Assembly (NCBI GenBank): GCA_964016885.1
Contig: OZ024750.1
Location: 52,390,001-52,454,000 of the forward strand
DNA from: Eledone cirrhosa
Taxonomy: Eukaryota
Direction of reading: 5' to 3'
DNA length: 64,000 bases
Made by a program: the position numbers and the translations under genes. Positions 1-12,758 of this stretch are shown piece after piece (position 1 is the first letter of the stretch; every line of letters starts with the position of its first letter). Under the pieces are notes generated by a model, which did not search any database, was not told the DNA's origin, and saw nothing but the letters and a program-made list of their open reading frames with translations.

Positions 1-740
1 ACTGGTCTCACCAATATCCTCCCCTTAGTTACTGGTCTCACCAATATCCTCCCCTTAGTTACTGGTCTCACCAATATCCTCCCCTTAGTTACTGGTCTCA
101 CCAATATCCTCCCCTTAGTTACTGGTCTCACCAATATCCTCCCCTTAGTTACTGGTCACACCAATATCCTCCCCTTAGTTACTGGTCTCACCAATATCCT
201 CCCCTTAGTTACTGGTCTCACCATTATCCTCCTTAGTTACTGGTCTCACCAATATCCCCTTAGTTACTGGTCTCACCAATATCCCCTTAGTTACTGGTCT
301 CACCAATATCCTCCCCTTAGTTACTATTCTCACCATTATCCTCCTTAGTTACTGGTCTCACCAATATCCTCCCCTTAGTTACTGGTCTCACCAACATCAT
401 CCTTAGTTACTGGTCTCACCATTATCCTCCTTAGTTACTGGTCTTACCAATATCCTCCTCTTAGTTACTGGTCTCACCAATATCCCCTTAGTTACTGGTC
501 TCACCAATATCCTCCCCTTAGTTACTGGTCTCACCAATATCCTCCCCTTAGTTACAGGTCTCACCAATATCCTCCCCTTAGTTACAGGTCTCACCAATAT
601 CCTCCCCTTAGTTACAGGTCTCACCAATATCCTCCCCTTAGTTACAGGTCTCACCAATATCCTCCCCTTAGTTACTGGTCTTACCAATATCCTCACCTTA
701 GTTACTGGTCTCAACAATATCCCCCTCTTAGTTACTGGTC
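1..740. repeat. 30-bp minisatellite array (runs off window start)
   Basis: Unit ACTGGTCTCACCAATATCCTCCCCTTAGTT repeated ~25 times with small indels; a 28-bp GCCAGGAGGGGTGTGTGGTGTGTAGTGT unit follows about 3 times to ~840. Confidence 0.95.
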
Positions 741-1766
741 TGCCAGGAGGGGTGTGTGGTGTGTAGTGTGCCAGGAGGGGTGTGTGGTGTGTAGTGTGCC
801 AGGAGGGGTGTGTGGTGTGTAGTGTGCGAGTAGGGGTGTGTGGATTGTCGGGGGTGTCTAACAAGTGTTAGATTTTAACCCCTTTTTTACAATATTCCTA
901 ATAAAAGATGTTTCATATGATTTTAAGAATAAAAAAATAAAATTGAAAGCTTTTGATAATCTAAGTTGATCTCTGGAACATAACTGACGTATTCAAAAAA
1001 AGAGTTTTAAATATAAACTTTATAAAACAAAAGGGTTTTCATCTTAGCGCCATAGATAGTTCGGTATAAAAAGGTTTTTAGTGGAACTTAATTTAGGCAG
1101 AAGGTCAGCAATTTTGGGGGAAGGGAAAATCAATTATATCAACTCAGTACATAGCTTTAGAATTTAATGTGTTGTCAATATGGATGAAAACTGTTGGTTA
1201 TGGTTGATTGTTGTTTAGATGGCTTCTGGTTGTGAAGGATGCCAACTAAGACTTGATCAACCTCAGGTCACTTGGATGACGGTATGTATGTTATAAGACC
1301 TGAAACACACTGACTCCAGGTACAATAGAAGGAATTATTCAATGATTGACATCTGTTGATGTCTGGAGACCTATATAAAATAAAGTAATATAAGATTCAT
1401 AATATCATCATCATCATCATCATCTTCGTTTAACGTCCATTTTCCACGCTAGCATGGGTTAGACAATATATATATAATTATCACCACTTAACATCTGTTT
1501 TCTATTCTGGTAGGGGTTTTAATGGAATTTTGGGGGCAATGACGTACAGCTAGATGCCCTTCCTGACACCAACCCTTTTCATTGCTTTTTACAACATAAA
1601 GATATGGTGTACCTATTCTAAACCAGATGTGTGTGCACACATATGCATGTATATGTATATGTGCACACACATATACATGCATATGTGTGCACACACACAC
1701 ATGCATGTATATGTGTGCACACATATACATCGATGTGTGTGCACACATATGCATGTATATGTGGAT

Positions 1767-3875
1767 TTACTAGAGGCGACGGATGAGGTTTGTGGCTGGA
1801 CTAAGACCTCAAGCAGGAGGAGAGTGACTTGGTGGTGGAACAATAAGGTAGATGAAGCAGTCAAGGCCAAGAGACAGGCATGGAAAGAATGGAAGAACGG
1901 GGGGAGCAGGGTACATTACATAGAGACCAAGAGGGAAGCTAGGCGACAAGTATACTTAGCTAGGAGGGAAGCAGAGGATAGAAAATTCAAGCATGTTTTA
2001 AAACGTGAGGACCAGAAACAGGAGGTATTCAAGATTGCGAGGCAGTGTGTCAGAGATAGTTGTGATGTCATTGGAGAGAAGTGTATCCGGAATGATAAAG
2101 GTGAGCTTGCCCTCACAAGTGCTGAGAAGAAAGATGCATGGAAGAGTCATTATGATAGATTACTAAATGAGGAGAATGCATGGGAAGAAGAGACCCTACC
2201 CCACGTAGACCCTATAGAGGGACCAGCAGTACAAGTCAGCGGCAGCGTAGTAAGTAAGGCAATCAGAGATATGAAGATAGGGAAGGCAACCGGTCCATCG
2301 GGTATAGCTGCCGAGATGCTGAAGGCATCTGGGTCTGTAGGTCACACTATAACCACACGTATCGTTAACCAGGTAATACTAGAGGGGGCCATACCAAAAG
2401 ATTGGTGCAGTAGCATCATTGTCAACTGCTACAAAGGTAAAGGCAATGCACTAGATAGAGGAAACTATAGAGGTATAAAGTTGATGGACCAGGTCATGAA
2501 AGTAACAGAAAGAGTTATAGCACAGCTGATTAGGGACCGGGTGAATATAGACGAGATGCAATTTGGGTTTGTACCAGGGAAAGGCACCACTGATGCGCTC
2601 TTCCTTGTGAGGCAATTACAGGAAAAGTACCTAGCTAAAAGTAAGCCACTCTACTTGGCATTTGTCGACCTTGAGAAAGCCTTTGACAGAGTTCCACGTG
2701 CAGTAATCTGGTGGGCTCTTAGAAAACTAGGAGTAGATGAATGGCTTGTGAAAGCGGTACAAGCCATGTATAGGGGAGCAGTCAGCAAAGTTAGGATTGG
2801 CAATGAGTATAGCGAGGAATTTAGCGTACAGGTTGGGGTCCACCAGGGCTCTGTTCTTAGCCCTCTCCTGTTCATCATAGTCCTGCAGGCAATAACGGAG
2901 GAGTTTAAGACCGGATGCCCATGGGAACTCCTGTATGCTGATGACCTCGCACTCATAGCTGAATCTATGGTAGAACTAGAGAATACATTCCAAACCTGGA
3001 AGCAGGGACTAGAGAGAAAGGGCCTCAAAGTCAACATGACAAAGACTAAGGTCCTTATAAGTAGACGAGAAAACAGAACCCAGATCCCCTCAGGGAAATG
3101 GCCTTGCTCAGTATGTAGGAAAGGTGTAGGTAGGAACTCCATTCTTTGCCCCAAATGCAAACAATGGGTACACAAGAGATGTAGCGGGATCTCAGGAAGC
3201 TTAATTAAGAATGTAGGATTCACATGCAGCAGCTGTGCTGAAACAGCAAGCAAACAGCCACAGGAAACAAGTACCACCAATCTCTGGGAGGGCCCTGTAG
3301 AAACAGTAGACAGCTTCTGCTACCTAGGTGACCGAATTAGCAACGGAGGTGGGTGCTCAGAAAGTACAATAACTAGGGTAAGAACGGGATGGAAGAAGTT
3401 TAGGGAACTACTACCACTGCTAGCTGCAAAAGGCTTCTCCCTCAGAATGAAAGGCAGACTGTATGATGCGTGTATCCGAACAGCGATGTTGCATGGTAGT
3501 GAGACCTGGGCGCTGAAGGTGGAAGACTTACGTAGATTAGAGAGAAACGAAGCCTGCATGCTCCGATGGATGTGTAACAGTAATATACGTGAACGACAAA
3601 GCATAAATGAATTGAGAGAGAGACTGAGCATAAGAGGAATCAAATGCTGCGTGCAGGAGAGGCGGTTACGCTGGTATGGACATGTGATGCGTATGAAGGA
3701 TGACAGCTGCATAAAAAGGTGCAGAGCACTAGAAGTTGATGGAAACCGCGGAGTGGGGAGACCCAAGATGACTTGGGATGAGGTGATAAAAGCCGACCTT
3801 ACCCAACTACACCTCTCAAAGTCAATGACACACGACCGTGACTTCTGGCGTCACGCAGTAATACAGGGTACCTGA
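1767..3875 (+). CDS. RTE reverse transcriptase ORF, 5'-partial (first ~70 aa of ORF 1554..3875 are microsatellite read-through)
   Basis: RT motifs as above; C4HC3 cluster CSVC..CPKCKQWVHKRC..CSSC; no endonuclease domain present. Confidence 0.85.
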   Translation, partial: LLEATDEVCGWTKTSSRRRVTWWWNNKVDEAVKAKRQAWKEWKNGGSRVHYIETKREARRQVYLARREAEDRKFKHVLKREDQKQEVFKIARQCVRDSCDVIGEKCIRNDKGELALTSAEKKDAWKSHYDRLLNEENAWEEETLPHVDPIEGPAVQVSGSVVSKAIRDMKIGKATGPSGIAAEMLKASGSVGHTITTRIVNQVILEGAIPKDWCSSIIVNCYKGKGNALDRGNYRGIKLMDQVMKVTERVIAQLIRDRVNIDEMQFGFVPGKGTTDALFLVRQLQEKYLAKSKPLYLAFVDLEKAFDRVPRAVIWWALRKLGVDEWLVKAVQAMYRGAVSKVRIGNEYSEEFSVQVGVHQGSVLSPLLFIIVLQAITEEFKTGCPWELLYADDLALIAESMVELENTFQTWKQGLERKGLKVNMTKTKVLISRRENRTQIPSGKWPCSVCRKGVGRNSILCPKCKQWVHKRCSGISGSLIKNVGFTCSSCAETASKQPQETSTTNLWEGPVETVDSFCYLGDRISNGGGCSESTITRVRTGWKKFRELLPLLAAKGFSLRMKGRLYDACIRTAMLHGSETWALKVEDLRRLERNEACMLRWMCNSNIRERQSINELRERLSIRGIKCCVQERRLRWYGHVMRMKDDSCIKRCRALEVDGNRGVGRPKMTWDEVIKADLTQLHLSKSMTHDRDFWRHAVIQGT

Positions 3876-4195
3876 CCTCCCATGGGTACATGCTGAAGCA
3901 TATAAACAATATGCCCCCCCCCCCACCGCAAGGTGGTCGTGGAGGTGCCACGGCAAAAAAGCACCCAGCCCACACTGTAAAGTGGACGTGTAGGCGCCAC
4001 GAAAAAGCACCCAGCACTCACTGTAAATGAGGTTGGTGTTAGGAAGGGCATCCAGCTGTAGAAATCAAGCCAGATCAGTTCCTGTATGAGCAAGGCATGG
4101 TCAGCCGACCAGACACTGCCCACAACAGGACAACCCGTCTAACCCATGCTAGCGTGGAAGAACGGACGTAAAACGGTGATGATGATGATGATGAT
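1767..4195 (+). mobile_element. 5'-truncated young RTE-clade LINE (RT + PHD finger + 3' UTR + (GAT)n tail)
   Basis: Uninterrupted RT frame to stop at 3875 (QFGF, FVDLEKAFD, GVHQGSVLSP, LLYADD, RRLRWYGHV); ends in (GAT)n; closely similar to the copy at 7435-10723. Confidence 0.93.
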
Positions 4196-4283
4196 TTGAA
4201 CATCATGAATTTGGCTGGTGATTTTTTTCTTTCTTCTGTATTATTTCATGTATTTTCATTTCCATGAATAACATTTTCCAAAT

Positions 4284-6240
4284 GTGGAGCAAGTTAAACC
4301 AACCGTCACAGGTAAGGAGCAGGAACTAGTAAAGGAGGCTAGATGCTACCAACTAGATATAGTCATGGTTTCCTCACCAAAGTTCTGTGGCTCTGATACT
4401 GTAGATTTGGATGGAGGATGGAAACTCTACTATTCAGGTGTGGTGCCAGAAATGACTGAACAGGTGAGAGTGGAGATACTCACAAGCCCCTGGCTATCAG
4501 AATCTGTTATGGACTGGATACCATTAGGAGAGAAGATTTGCCTCTTCAAGCTGAGGCTGAAAGCTAGGTCTTTGTGGGTGGTGCAAGTTTATGCACCAAA
4601 CAAGGAGTCTGAATATAGGTCTTTCCTTGAAGACGTAACTGCAGCGTTAGATGTAGTTACAAGCAGGCATAAAGAATCACAGCAGTGTCCAAAGTTCAGA
4701 CATGGGAGGACTTTGTTTCAGCTGGAATCCAACTTCAGATCAGCAAATAAAGTGTTCTGGTAGACCATCTGCCCACTTCATAATAAGAAGTCCTCCTCCA
4801 TACCTGCTATCAAGAACATGTCTGGAAGCGGTGACTAATCTCTCGGAAGCTGAGGCCATAAGAGCAGTTGAGGACCTGAAATGTGGCATGGCCACTGGGG
4901 AAGATGAAATCCAGCCCGGGATGTTAAGAGCCTTAAATAGAGAAGGTATTCTCTGGCTGACACATGTGTGCCGGATGGCCTGAATCTTTGGAAAGGCACC
5001 TAAGCAATGGCAATCGGGAGTGATAATCCAAATTTTCAAAAAGGGAGACAAGAGAGATTGTTCCAATCACAGAAGGATTTCCTTGTTAAGCCTCTCCGGT
5101 AAAGTCTATGCTAAGTGTCTGGCAAAGAGATGCAGGGAGATTGTTCATGAACAGTATGGTTTTCGCCCCAGATGCAGCACAGCTGACCAAATACTCATAT
5201 TACGGCAGGTTTTCGAGAAATTGTAGGAGTATCATCATGAGGTATATTTTTGTTTTGTGGACCTTGCAAAGGCATATGATTGCATTCCTCGGACCTGCTG
5301 TGGAAGGTTCTGCAGGAGTATGGGATTGATGGTCAGCTTCTTGGTGCCCTGATGTCTCTATACAAATGTCCAAGTATTTGTGTTCAGATAAATAGTCCTA
5401 AATTGAAACCATTCAACGTGGGAGTTGGACTCCGCCAAGGGTGCATACTGTCACCTCTCCTGTTCATTATTCACATGAACAGTATTGACATGAGCAGCTG
5501 GGTTGGAAGTGGTTTCATGACTGGCGGGTGTAAAATCAGTCGGCTTGAATTTGCAGGCGACATGGAGTTATTTAACTCAACTGAAGGTGATGTCTGACTT
5601 GCACTCGATAGGTTTGATGCTGAGTGTTTGCATGGCTGGAATGAAAATTAGAGCTGCAAAAACTGAGACACTTACAGGTAAATGGAATTCCACTGAAGCA
5701 GGTAGAGAAGTTAAAGTATCTTGGGACTGTGTTCACAAGTGATGGAAGGCAGAAGGCTAAATTAAGGGCAAGAATTGCAGGAGCTGGTGCAGTAATGCAT
5801 TCACTTCAGCATTTAGTAATCAGAAGAAGGGAGGTAGACATAAAAGCCAAACTCACAATCTTTAATTTGGTATTCGTGACAACCCTTACCTATGATCATG
5901 AATCTTGGGTAATGACTAAAAGAATATGATTGCGAATACAAGCAACTGAAATGGGGTTCCTCTGAAGGGTCTTTGGAGTAACGTTACTTGATAGAGTGCA
6001 TAGCTCAGAGATGAGAGAGTCACTCCAGGTAGAGCCGCTACTTCTCTGGATTGAGAGATCACAGCTCCGATACTATGGGTGTGTGGTTAGAATATCTCAG
6101 GAAAGAATCGCTGGATAGATTTTAAGGGCAAAACCAATCAGCAGGAGACCCAGGGGTAGACCCCGAGCAAGATGGTTGGATGAAATCCATCAGCTTTGCT
6201 GGTCTCACTTGGGGATCCAGCCGGATCAGCTGGAGGTGGA
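4284..6240 (+). mobile_element. Degenerate RTE LINE of a second family (APE + RT fragments)
   Basis: Frameshifted ORFs: VQVYAPN, IFKKGDKRDCSNHRRISLL, QYGFRP, VGLRQGCILSPLLF; many stops. Confidence 0.85.
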
Positions 6241-6254
6241 CATTACATATATAT

Positions 6255-6835
6255 TTCAGATGAAGGGTCTAAACCCGAAGTACTTGCCAGATCTACCCTG
6301 ACCACAGCAGCACTTACAAAACTTAAGACCATCTGGAATAACTAGAACATATTCCTCAGCTCAAAGATCAGACTGATTCAATCTCTAGTCATATCCATAT
6401 TCTTGTATGCCTGTCTTGGACAATAACAGCAGATCTGGAGAGAAGAATACAGGCTATGGAGAAAAGATGCTTCAGAAAGCTCCTTGGTATCACCTTCAGA
6501 GACTGCATGTCCAATGAGGAGGTGCAAAACAGAATTAGGTAAGCCTCTGGGACCTATGAAGACCTAGTGACCATTGTAAAACAAAGCAAATTGAGATGGT
6601 ACGAGCACGTGACAAGATGTTCAAGGCTTGCCAAGACTGTCCTGCAGGGAACAGTACAAAGAAGGAGGAAGAGGGGCAGGGAAATAGATGGGATGACAAC
6701 ATCCCAGAATGGACAGGTATAAGGCTGAATGTAACTATTGAGGGAGGCAGAGAGGGGAGAGGAATGGAAAGAGCTGGTTTACAGGTCATCTGTGGCGCCA
6801 CAACGGTCCACCAGACTACAAGAAAGATGAGATGA
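6255..6835 (+). mobile_element. 3' fragment of a third RTE (BovB-like) LINE
   Basis: Translates as DEGSKPEVLAR..KIRLIQSLVISIFLYA..KLRWYEHV..WDDNIPEWTG; ends in ATGAGATGA. Confidence 0.7.
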
Positions 6836-6849
6836 TATATATATACAAA

Positions 6850-9800
6850 TCTTTCAGGTATCCCTCTATTTCCCCAATTGCAAATGTTCTGCTCACAATT
6901 ATTGCTGTATTTATCACTTCGCTAGCTTCCACAACACATTTACTTTTTTTACCCTCATTTTCTCTACCATGCTGCCTCTCTATCTGTCTATTTTGCCATC
7001 AGATGCTACAGGCCATGACTTGGCTACCTACCTCACAATTCCCCCCCCCCCCCTCACACCACCATAGCCTATTCGACCAATCAAACCTCAGAATGCCCCC
7101 CCCCCCCACACTACCAACCCCAACAAACCCTGCCATTTCTACTACTACCTAACTCTCTCCTCCCCCGTCCCAGCCCAACACACCCTGCCATTATTACCAC
7201 CACCACTGTTTTTCTAGCCCTGAATTTTCCTACCGTTATGTATGGATGAGCTGAGAATAAATTGGAGCAACTCTGAATTAATAGATGAAAATGAATATGA
7301 ATCCGCGAGCTACCAAGCACCCATGTGAAGCTCCAATTCAGAGACAGGAAGCACACCCCTGCAAAAATTGACCCTTCCCTACAAATGTCGACAAATGCCC
7401 AAAACTCCGAGTTGGTATCATCAATGTAAGCACAATGAAAGGAAGAGCAGGAGAAATCGTAGAAATGCTAGAGCGAAAGGAAATTGATGTATGCTGTGTG
7501 CAAGAGACTAGATGGAGAGGAGAGTCTGCTAGAGTCCTTGTAGGAAAAAGTCAGTGCTACAAATTTTTCTGGGTGGGAAATGACGATGGGATGGGTGGTG
7601 TAGGTATACTACTAGCTGACAAGTGGGTAGATAAAGTAATCTCAGTGTACAGGGTAAATGCAAGAATCATTAAACTCAGACTAGTCCTGAATAAAACAAT
7701 TACCACAATGATATCAGCTTACGCACCCCAATCGGGGTTGCCAGACGAACTTAAGGATAGGTTTTACGAGTCCCTAATGCACACTACTGCTCTAACAGAC
7801 GACAATGACTTCCTAATCATCACAGGAGATTTTAACGGACATGTAGGTAAACACTGTGACGGCTTCAATAGAGTCCATGGAAGCCATGGGGTTGGCACAA
7901 GAAATGAAGGATTCAGACTTCTAGAATTCTGCGACGCCAATGACATGTCAATATGTAACACAAACTTCAAAAAACCCGACAACCACCTGATCACCTATAG
8001 ATCAGGGGAGCATTCTAGTCAGATAGATTTTATCCTCATCAGAGGACGTGACAGATGGACGGTCGTAAACACAAAAGCCTTCCCTAATGTACCTCCCAAC
8101 ATAGCTTAGTTGTCAGCGACCTCACGGTCAGAACTAGACGAACCTGGAAACAGAGGCCAACCTGGAGAAGAAAGATCTGGAAGCTGAAAGACCCCTCAGC
8201 CAGTAACAGATTTAAAGATATTTTACTCAACGCCTACGACAGTAAAGAAGAACAGATAGAGACATTCAATGTAGAAGAGCACTGGGAGTTCCTAAAAAAT
8301 AACTTACTCGAGGCGACGGATGAGATCTGTGGCTGGAGTAAGATCACAAGCAGGAGGAGAGTGACTTGGTGGTGGAACAATAAGGTAGATGAGGCAGTTA
8401 AGGCCAAGAGACAGGCATGGAAAGAATGGAAGAACGGGGGAAGCAGGGTACATTACATAGAGACCAAGAGGGAAGCTAGGCGTCAAGTATACTTAGCTAG
8501 GAGGGAAGCAGAGGATAGAAAATTCAAGCATGTTTCGCAACGTGAGGACCAGAAACAGGTGTTCAAGATTGCGAGGCAGTGTGTAAGAGAGAATTGTGAT
8601 GTCATTGGAGAGAAGTGTATCCGGAATGATAAAGGTGAGCTTGCCCTCAAGTGCTGAGAAGAAAGATGCATGGAAGAGCCATTATGATAGATTACTAAAT
8701 GAGGAGAATGCATGGGAAGAAGAGACCCTACCCCAAGTAGACCCTACAGAGGGGCCAGCAGTACAAGTCAGCAGCAGCGTAGTAAGGCAATCAAAGATAT
8801 GAAGATGGGGAAGGCAACCGGTCCATCAGGTATAGCTGCCGAGAAGCTGAAGGCATCTGGGTCTGTAGGTCACACTATAACCACACGTATTGTTAACCAG
8901 GTGATACTAGAAGGTGTCATACCAAAGGATTGGTGCAGTAGCATCATTGTCAACTGCTACAAAGGTAAAGGTGATGCACTAGATAGAGGAAACTATAGAG
9001 GTATAAAGCTGATGGACCAGGTCATGAAAGTAACAGAAAGAGTTATAGCACAGTTGATTAGGGACCGGGTTAAACTAGATGAGATGCAATTTGGGTTTGT
9101 ACCAGGAAGAGGCACCACTGATGCCCTCTTCCTTGTGAGGCATTTACAGGAAAAGTACCTAGCTAAAAGTAGGCCACTCTACCTGGCATTCGTCGATCTC
9201 GAAAAAGCCTTTGACAGAGTTCCACGTGCTATAATCTGGTGGGCTCTTAGAAAACTAGGAGTAGATGAATGGCTTGTGAAAGCCATGTATAGGGGAGCAG
9301 TCAGCAAAGTTAGGATTAGCAATGAGTATAGCGAGGAATTTAGCGTACAGGTTGGTGTCCACCAGGGCTCTGTTCTTAGCCCTCTCCTGTTCATCATAGT
9401 CCTGCAGGCAATAACGGAGGAGTTTAAGACCGGATGCCCATGGGAACTCCTGTATGCAGATGACCTCGCACTTATAGCTGAATCTATGGTAGAACTAGAG
9501 AAGAAATACCAAACTTGGAAGCAGGGACTAGAAAGAAAGGGTCTCAAAGTCAACATGACAAAGACTAAGGCCCTTGTAGGTAGACGAGAAAACAGAACCT
9601 AGATCCCCTCAGGGAAATGGTCTTGCTCAGTATGTTGGAAAGGTGTAGGTAGGAACTCCATTCTCTGCCCCAAATGCAAACAATGGGCACACAAGAGATG
9701 TAGCGGGATCTCAGGAAGCTTAATTAAGAATGTAGGCTTCACATGTAGCAGCTGTGCTGGGACAGCAAGCAGCAAACAGCCACAGGAAACAAGTACCACC

Positions 9801-10723
9801 AATCTCTGGGAGGGCTCTCTAGAAACAGTAGACAGCTTCTGCTACCTAGGTGACCGAATTACCAGCGGAGGTGGGTGTTCAGAAAGTACAATAACTAGGG
9901 TAAGAACGAGATGGAAGAAGTTCAGGGAACTACTGCCACTGCTAGCTGCAAAAGGCTTCTCCCTCAAAATGAAAGGCAGACTGTATGATGCGTGTATCTG
10001 AACAGCAATGTTACATGGTAGTGAGACCTGGGCGCTGAAGTGGAAGACTTACGTAGATTAGAAAGAAACGAAGCCTGCATGCTCCGATGGATGTGTAATA
10101 GTAATATATGCGAACGGCAAAGCATAAACAAATTGAGAGAGAGACTGAACATAAGAGGAATCAAATGCTGTGTGCAGGAGAGGCGGTTGCGTTGGCATGG
10201 ACATGTGATGCGTATGAAGGATGACAGCTGCATAAAAAGGTGCAGAGCACTAGAAGTCAATGGAAACCGCGTAGTGGGGAGACCCAAGAAGACCTGGGAT
10301 GAGGTGATAAAAGCCGACCTTACCCAATTCCACTTCTCAAAGGAGATGACACACGACCGTGACCTCTGGCGTCACGCAATAATACAGAGTACCTGACTTC
10401 CCATGGGTACAAGCTGAAACATATAGACAATATGCCCCACACCCTCCCACTGCAAAGTGGTCGTGGAGGTTCCACGGCAAAAAAGCACCCAGCCCACACT
10501 GTAAAGTGGACGTGTAGGTGCCACGGAAAAGCACCCAGCACTCACTGTAAATGAGGTTGGTGTTAGGAAGGGCATCCAGCTGTAGAAATCAAGCCAAAAT
10601 CAGTTCCTGTATGAGCAAGGCATGGTCAGCTGACCAGACACTGCCCACAACAGGACAACCCGTCTAACCCATGCTAGCATGGAAGAACGGACGTAAAACG
10701 GTGATGATGATGATGATGATGAT
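6850..10723 (+). mobile_element. Near full-length RTE LINE (APE endonuclease-RT-PHD), inactivated by frameshifts and stops
   Basis: APE motifs (CVQETRW, SAYAPQ, GDFNGHVG, SQIDFIL) at 7435-8109; RT pieces 8361-10396; same 3' UTR and (GAT)n tail as 1767-4195; 5' boundary approximate. Confidence 0.9.
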
Positions 10724-10969
10724 ATACAATAGTACAGCATATTCGAAGTTCGATCAGCAGCCAAGCCAACGAATGCCTTCAGCAGTGCAGCCAAGCACTC
10801 GACAAGGAATAGACCTCAGAGTAATAACACAGATTAGCTGCGTCATCTGTAGCAACGAAAGAACTGACTAGTGAGAAAAGGAAATACACACACACACACA
10901 CATATATATATATACATATAAAAATATACATACATATATGCACATATCTGTATATATATATATATATAT

Positions 10970-11151
10970 AATTGTTTCCACTTTTGGCACAAGGCGATCA
11001 ATTACCCAGTACATTACTGGTACTTTATTTTATCGACCCCGTAAGGATGAAAGGCAAAGTTAACCTCGGTGGGATTTGAACTCAGACCGTAAAGGGACGT
11101 AACTATGCTGGAAAGCATGGCGTCCGACCCTCTACCGATACTGCCAATCCA
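10970..11151 (-). mobile_element. tRNA-derived SINE family A (Deu/Nin-like central domain)
   Basis: Minus strand: A box TGGCAGTATCGG, B box GAGTTCAAATCC, GCCTTTCATCCTTACGGGGTCGATAAAATAAAGTACC; ends in (TA)n. Confidence 0.85.
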
Positions 11152-11171
11152 GTATATATGTATCTTATTAA

Positions 11172-11299
11172 GGCTGATCCAGTAGCCTGTTATTCTGGAA
11201 TTTCCTAGTCGTGCTAGTGGTACCTCTGATAACAAACACTGTCTCCAGATCAATTGGTATGCCAGGGATATTCCAGAGTAATAGGTTTCTGGATCAGCC
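11172..11299. mobile_element. 128-bp MITE, TTAA|GG...CC|TTAA (Kolobok-like termini)
   Basis: ~37-bp imperfect TIRs GGCTGATCCAGTAGCCTGTTATTCTGGAAT / ATTCCAGAGTAATAGGTTTCTGGATCAGCC; TTAA on both sides. Confidence 0.65.
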
Positions 11300-11604
11300 T
11301 TAATAAACTATTATTTCTATCGTATTGATTGCTTATTCTCTCCTCTCCCCATACTGATATATACACACACATACACATATACAACTGTATATATACACAC
11401 ACATACATACACCTGTATATATACACACACATACATACATACAACTGTATATATACACACGCATACATACATACAACTGTATATATACACACATACATAC
11501 AACTGTATATATACACACACATACATTCAACTGTATATATACACATTGTCTTCTAGTAGAAAATATATTTAACCTGTATTGAACATGGAAAAAGAATTTA
11601 GAAA

Positions 11605-12065
11605 CAATCCCCCACCCCACTCCAATGATGCATGAAATTCCTCCACCCCACTCCAATAATATATGAAATTCCCCCACCCCACTCCAATAATACATGAAAT
11701 TCCCCCACCCCAATAATACATGAAATTCCCCCACCTCACTCCAATAATATATGAAATTCCCCCACCCCAATAATACATGAAATTCCCCCACCCCACTCCA
11801 ATAATATATGAAATTCTCCCACCCCAATAATACATGAAATTCCCCCACCCCAATAATATATGAAATTCCCCCACCCACTCCAATAATACATGAAATTCCC
11901 CCACTCCAATAATACATGAAATTCCCCCACCCCACACCAATAATACATGAAATTCTCCCACCCACCCCAATAATACATGAAGTTCTCCCACCCCACCCAC
12001 GCCAATAATACATGAAATTCCCCACCTCACCCCAATAATACATGAAATTATCCCACCCCACCCTT
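11605..12065. repeat. 23-30-bp minisatellite CCAATAATACATGAAATTCCCCCACCCC
   Basis: Direct tandem repeats visible in sequence. Confidence 0.9.
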
Positions 12066-12227
12066 TTTATACAACTGAAAATGTCTAGAATTTAATTTTG
12101 ATTCAGATCAATTAAAACATCAGCTATTTTACTCCTTTTCAATTATTAAAATTTCTAAAAGTAAAAGAGAAATGTTTTCGTTATAATTGATGAATTCTTT
12201 CTTTATTCCTCTTAACTATTATATTTA

Positions 12228-12309
12228 TATAATGGAACTAACATAAAATATTTAATAACTAGATACAGTATTTTTCACTAATTACCGTATTTATTAGAGT
12301 AGTAACATA

Positions 12310-12385
<76 letters not shown>

Positions 12386-12536
12386 AATATATTTATTTAT
12401 ATATATAAATATATATATATAGGTATTGAAATTTCTGTTGAAAACAGAAAAGGTCATAGAAGTGAAGAGTGCTCTATGTAAGTACCAGAGCAAAATTTAA
12501 TGTATAAAAACCTCTGGTAATGAGGTAATTATATTG

Positions 12537-12599
<63 letters not shown>

Positions 12600-12683
12600 T
12601 TATGTTACTACTCTAATAAATACGGTAATTAGTGAAAAATACTGTATCTAGTTATTAAATAGTTTATGTTAGTTCCATTATAT
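12228..12683. repeat. Fold-back inverted repeat (~85-bp unique arms extended by (TA)n)
   Basis: 12228-12311 is the reverse complement of ~12599-12683 with about one mismatch. Confidence 0.85.
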
Positions 12684-12704
12684 TCTAATATTTTGTAGAA
12701 ACTG

Positions 12705-12758
<54 letters not shown>

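Noticed and set aside
403-864. 153-aa ORF with ILVRPVTKGR repeats
   Set aside because: Translation of the 30-bp minisatellite
1554-1766. His/Cys/Met-rich N-terminus of the 773-aa ORF
   Set aside because: (CA/TA/TG) microsatellite read-through upstream of the truncated LINE
6255-6290. CAGATGAAGGGTCTAAACCCGAAG as a hammerhead
   Set aside because: It is RTE coding sequence (DEGSKPEV) and lacks CUGANGA/GAAA
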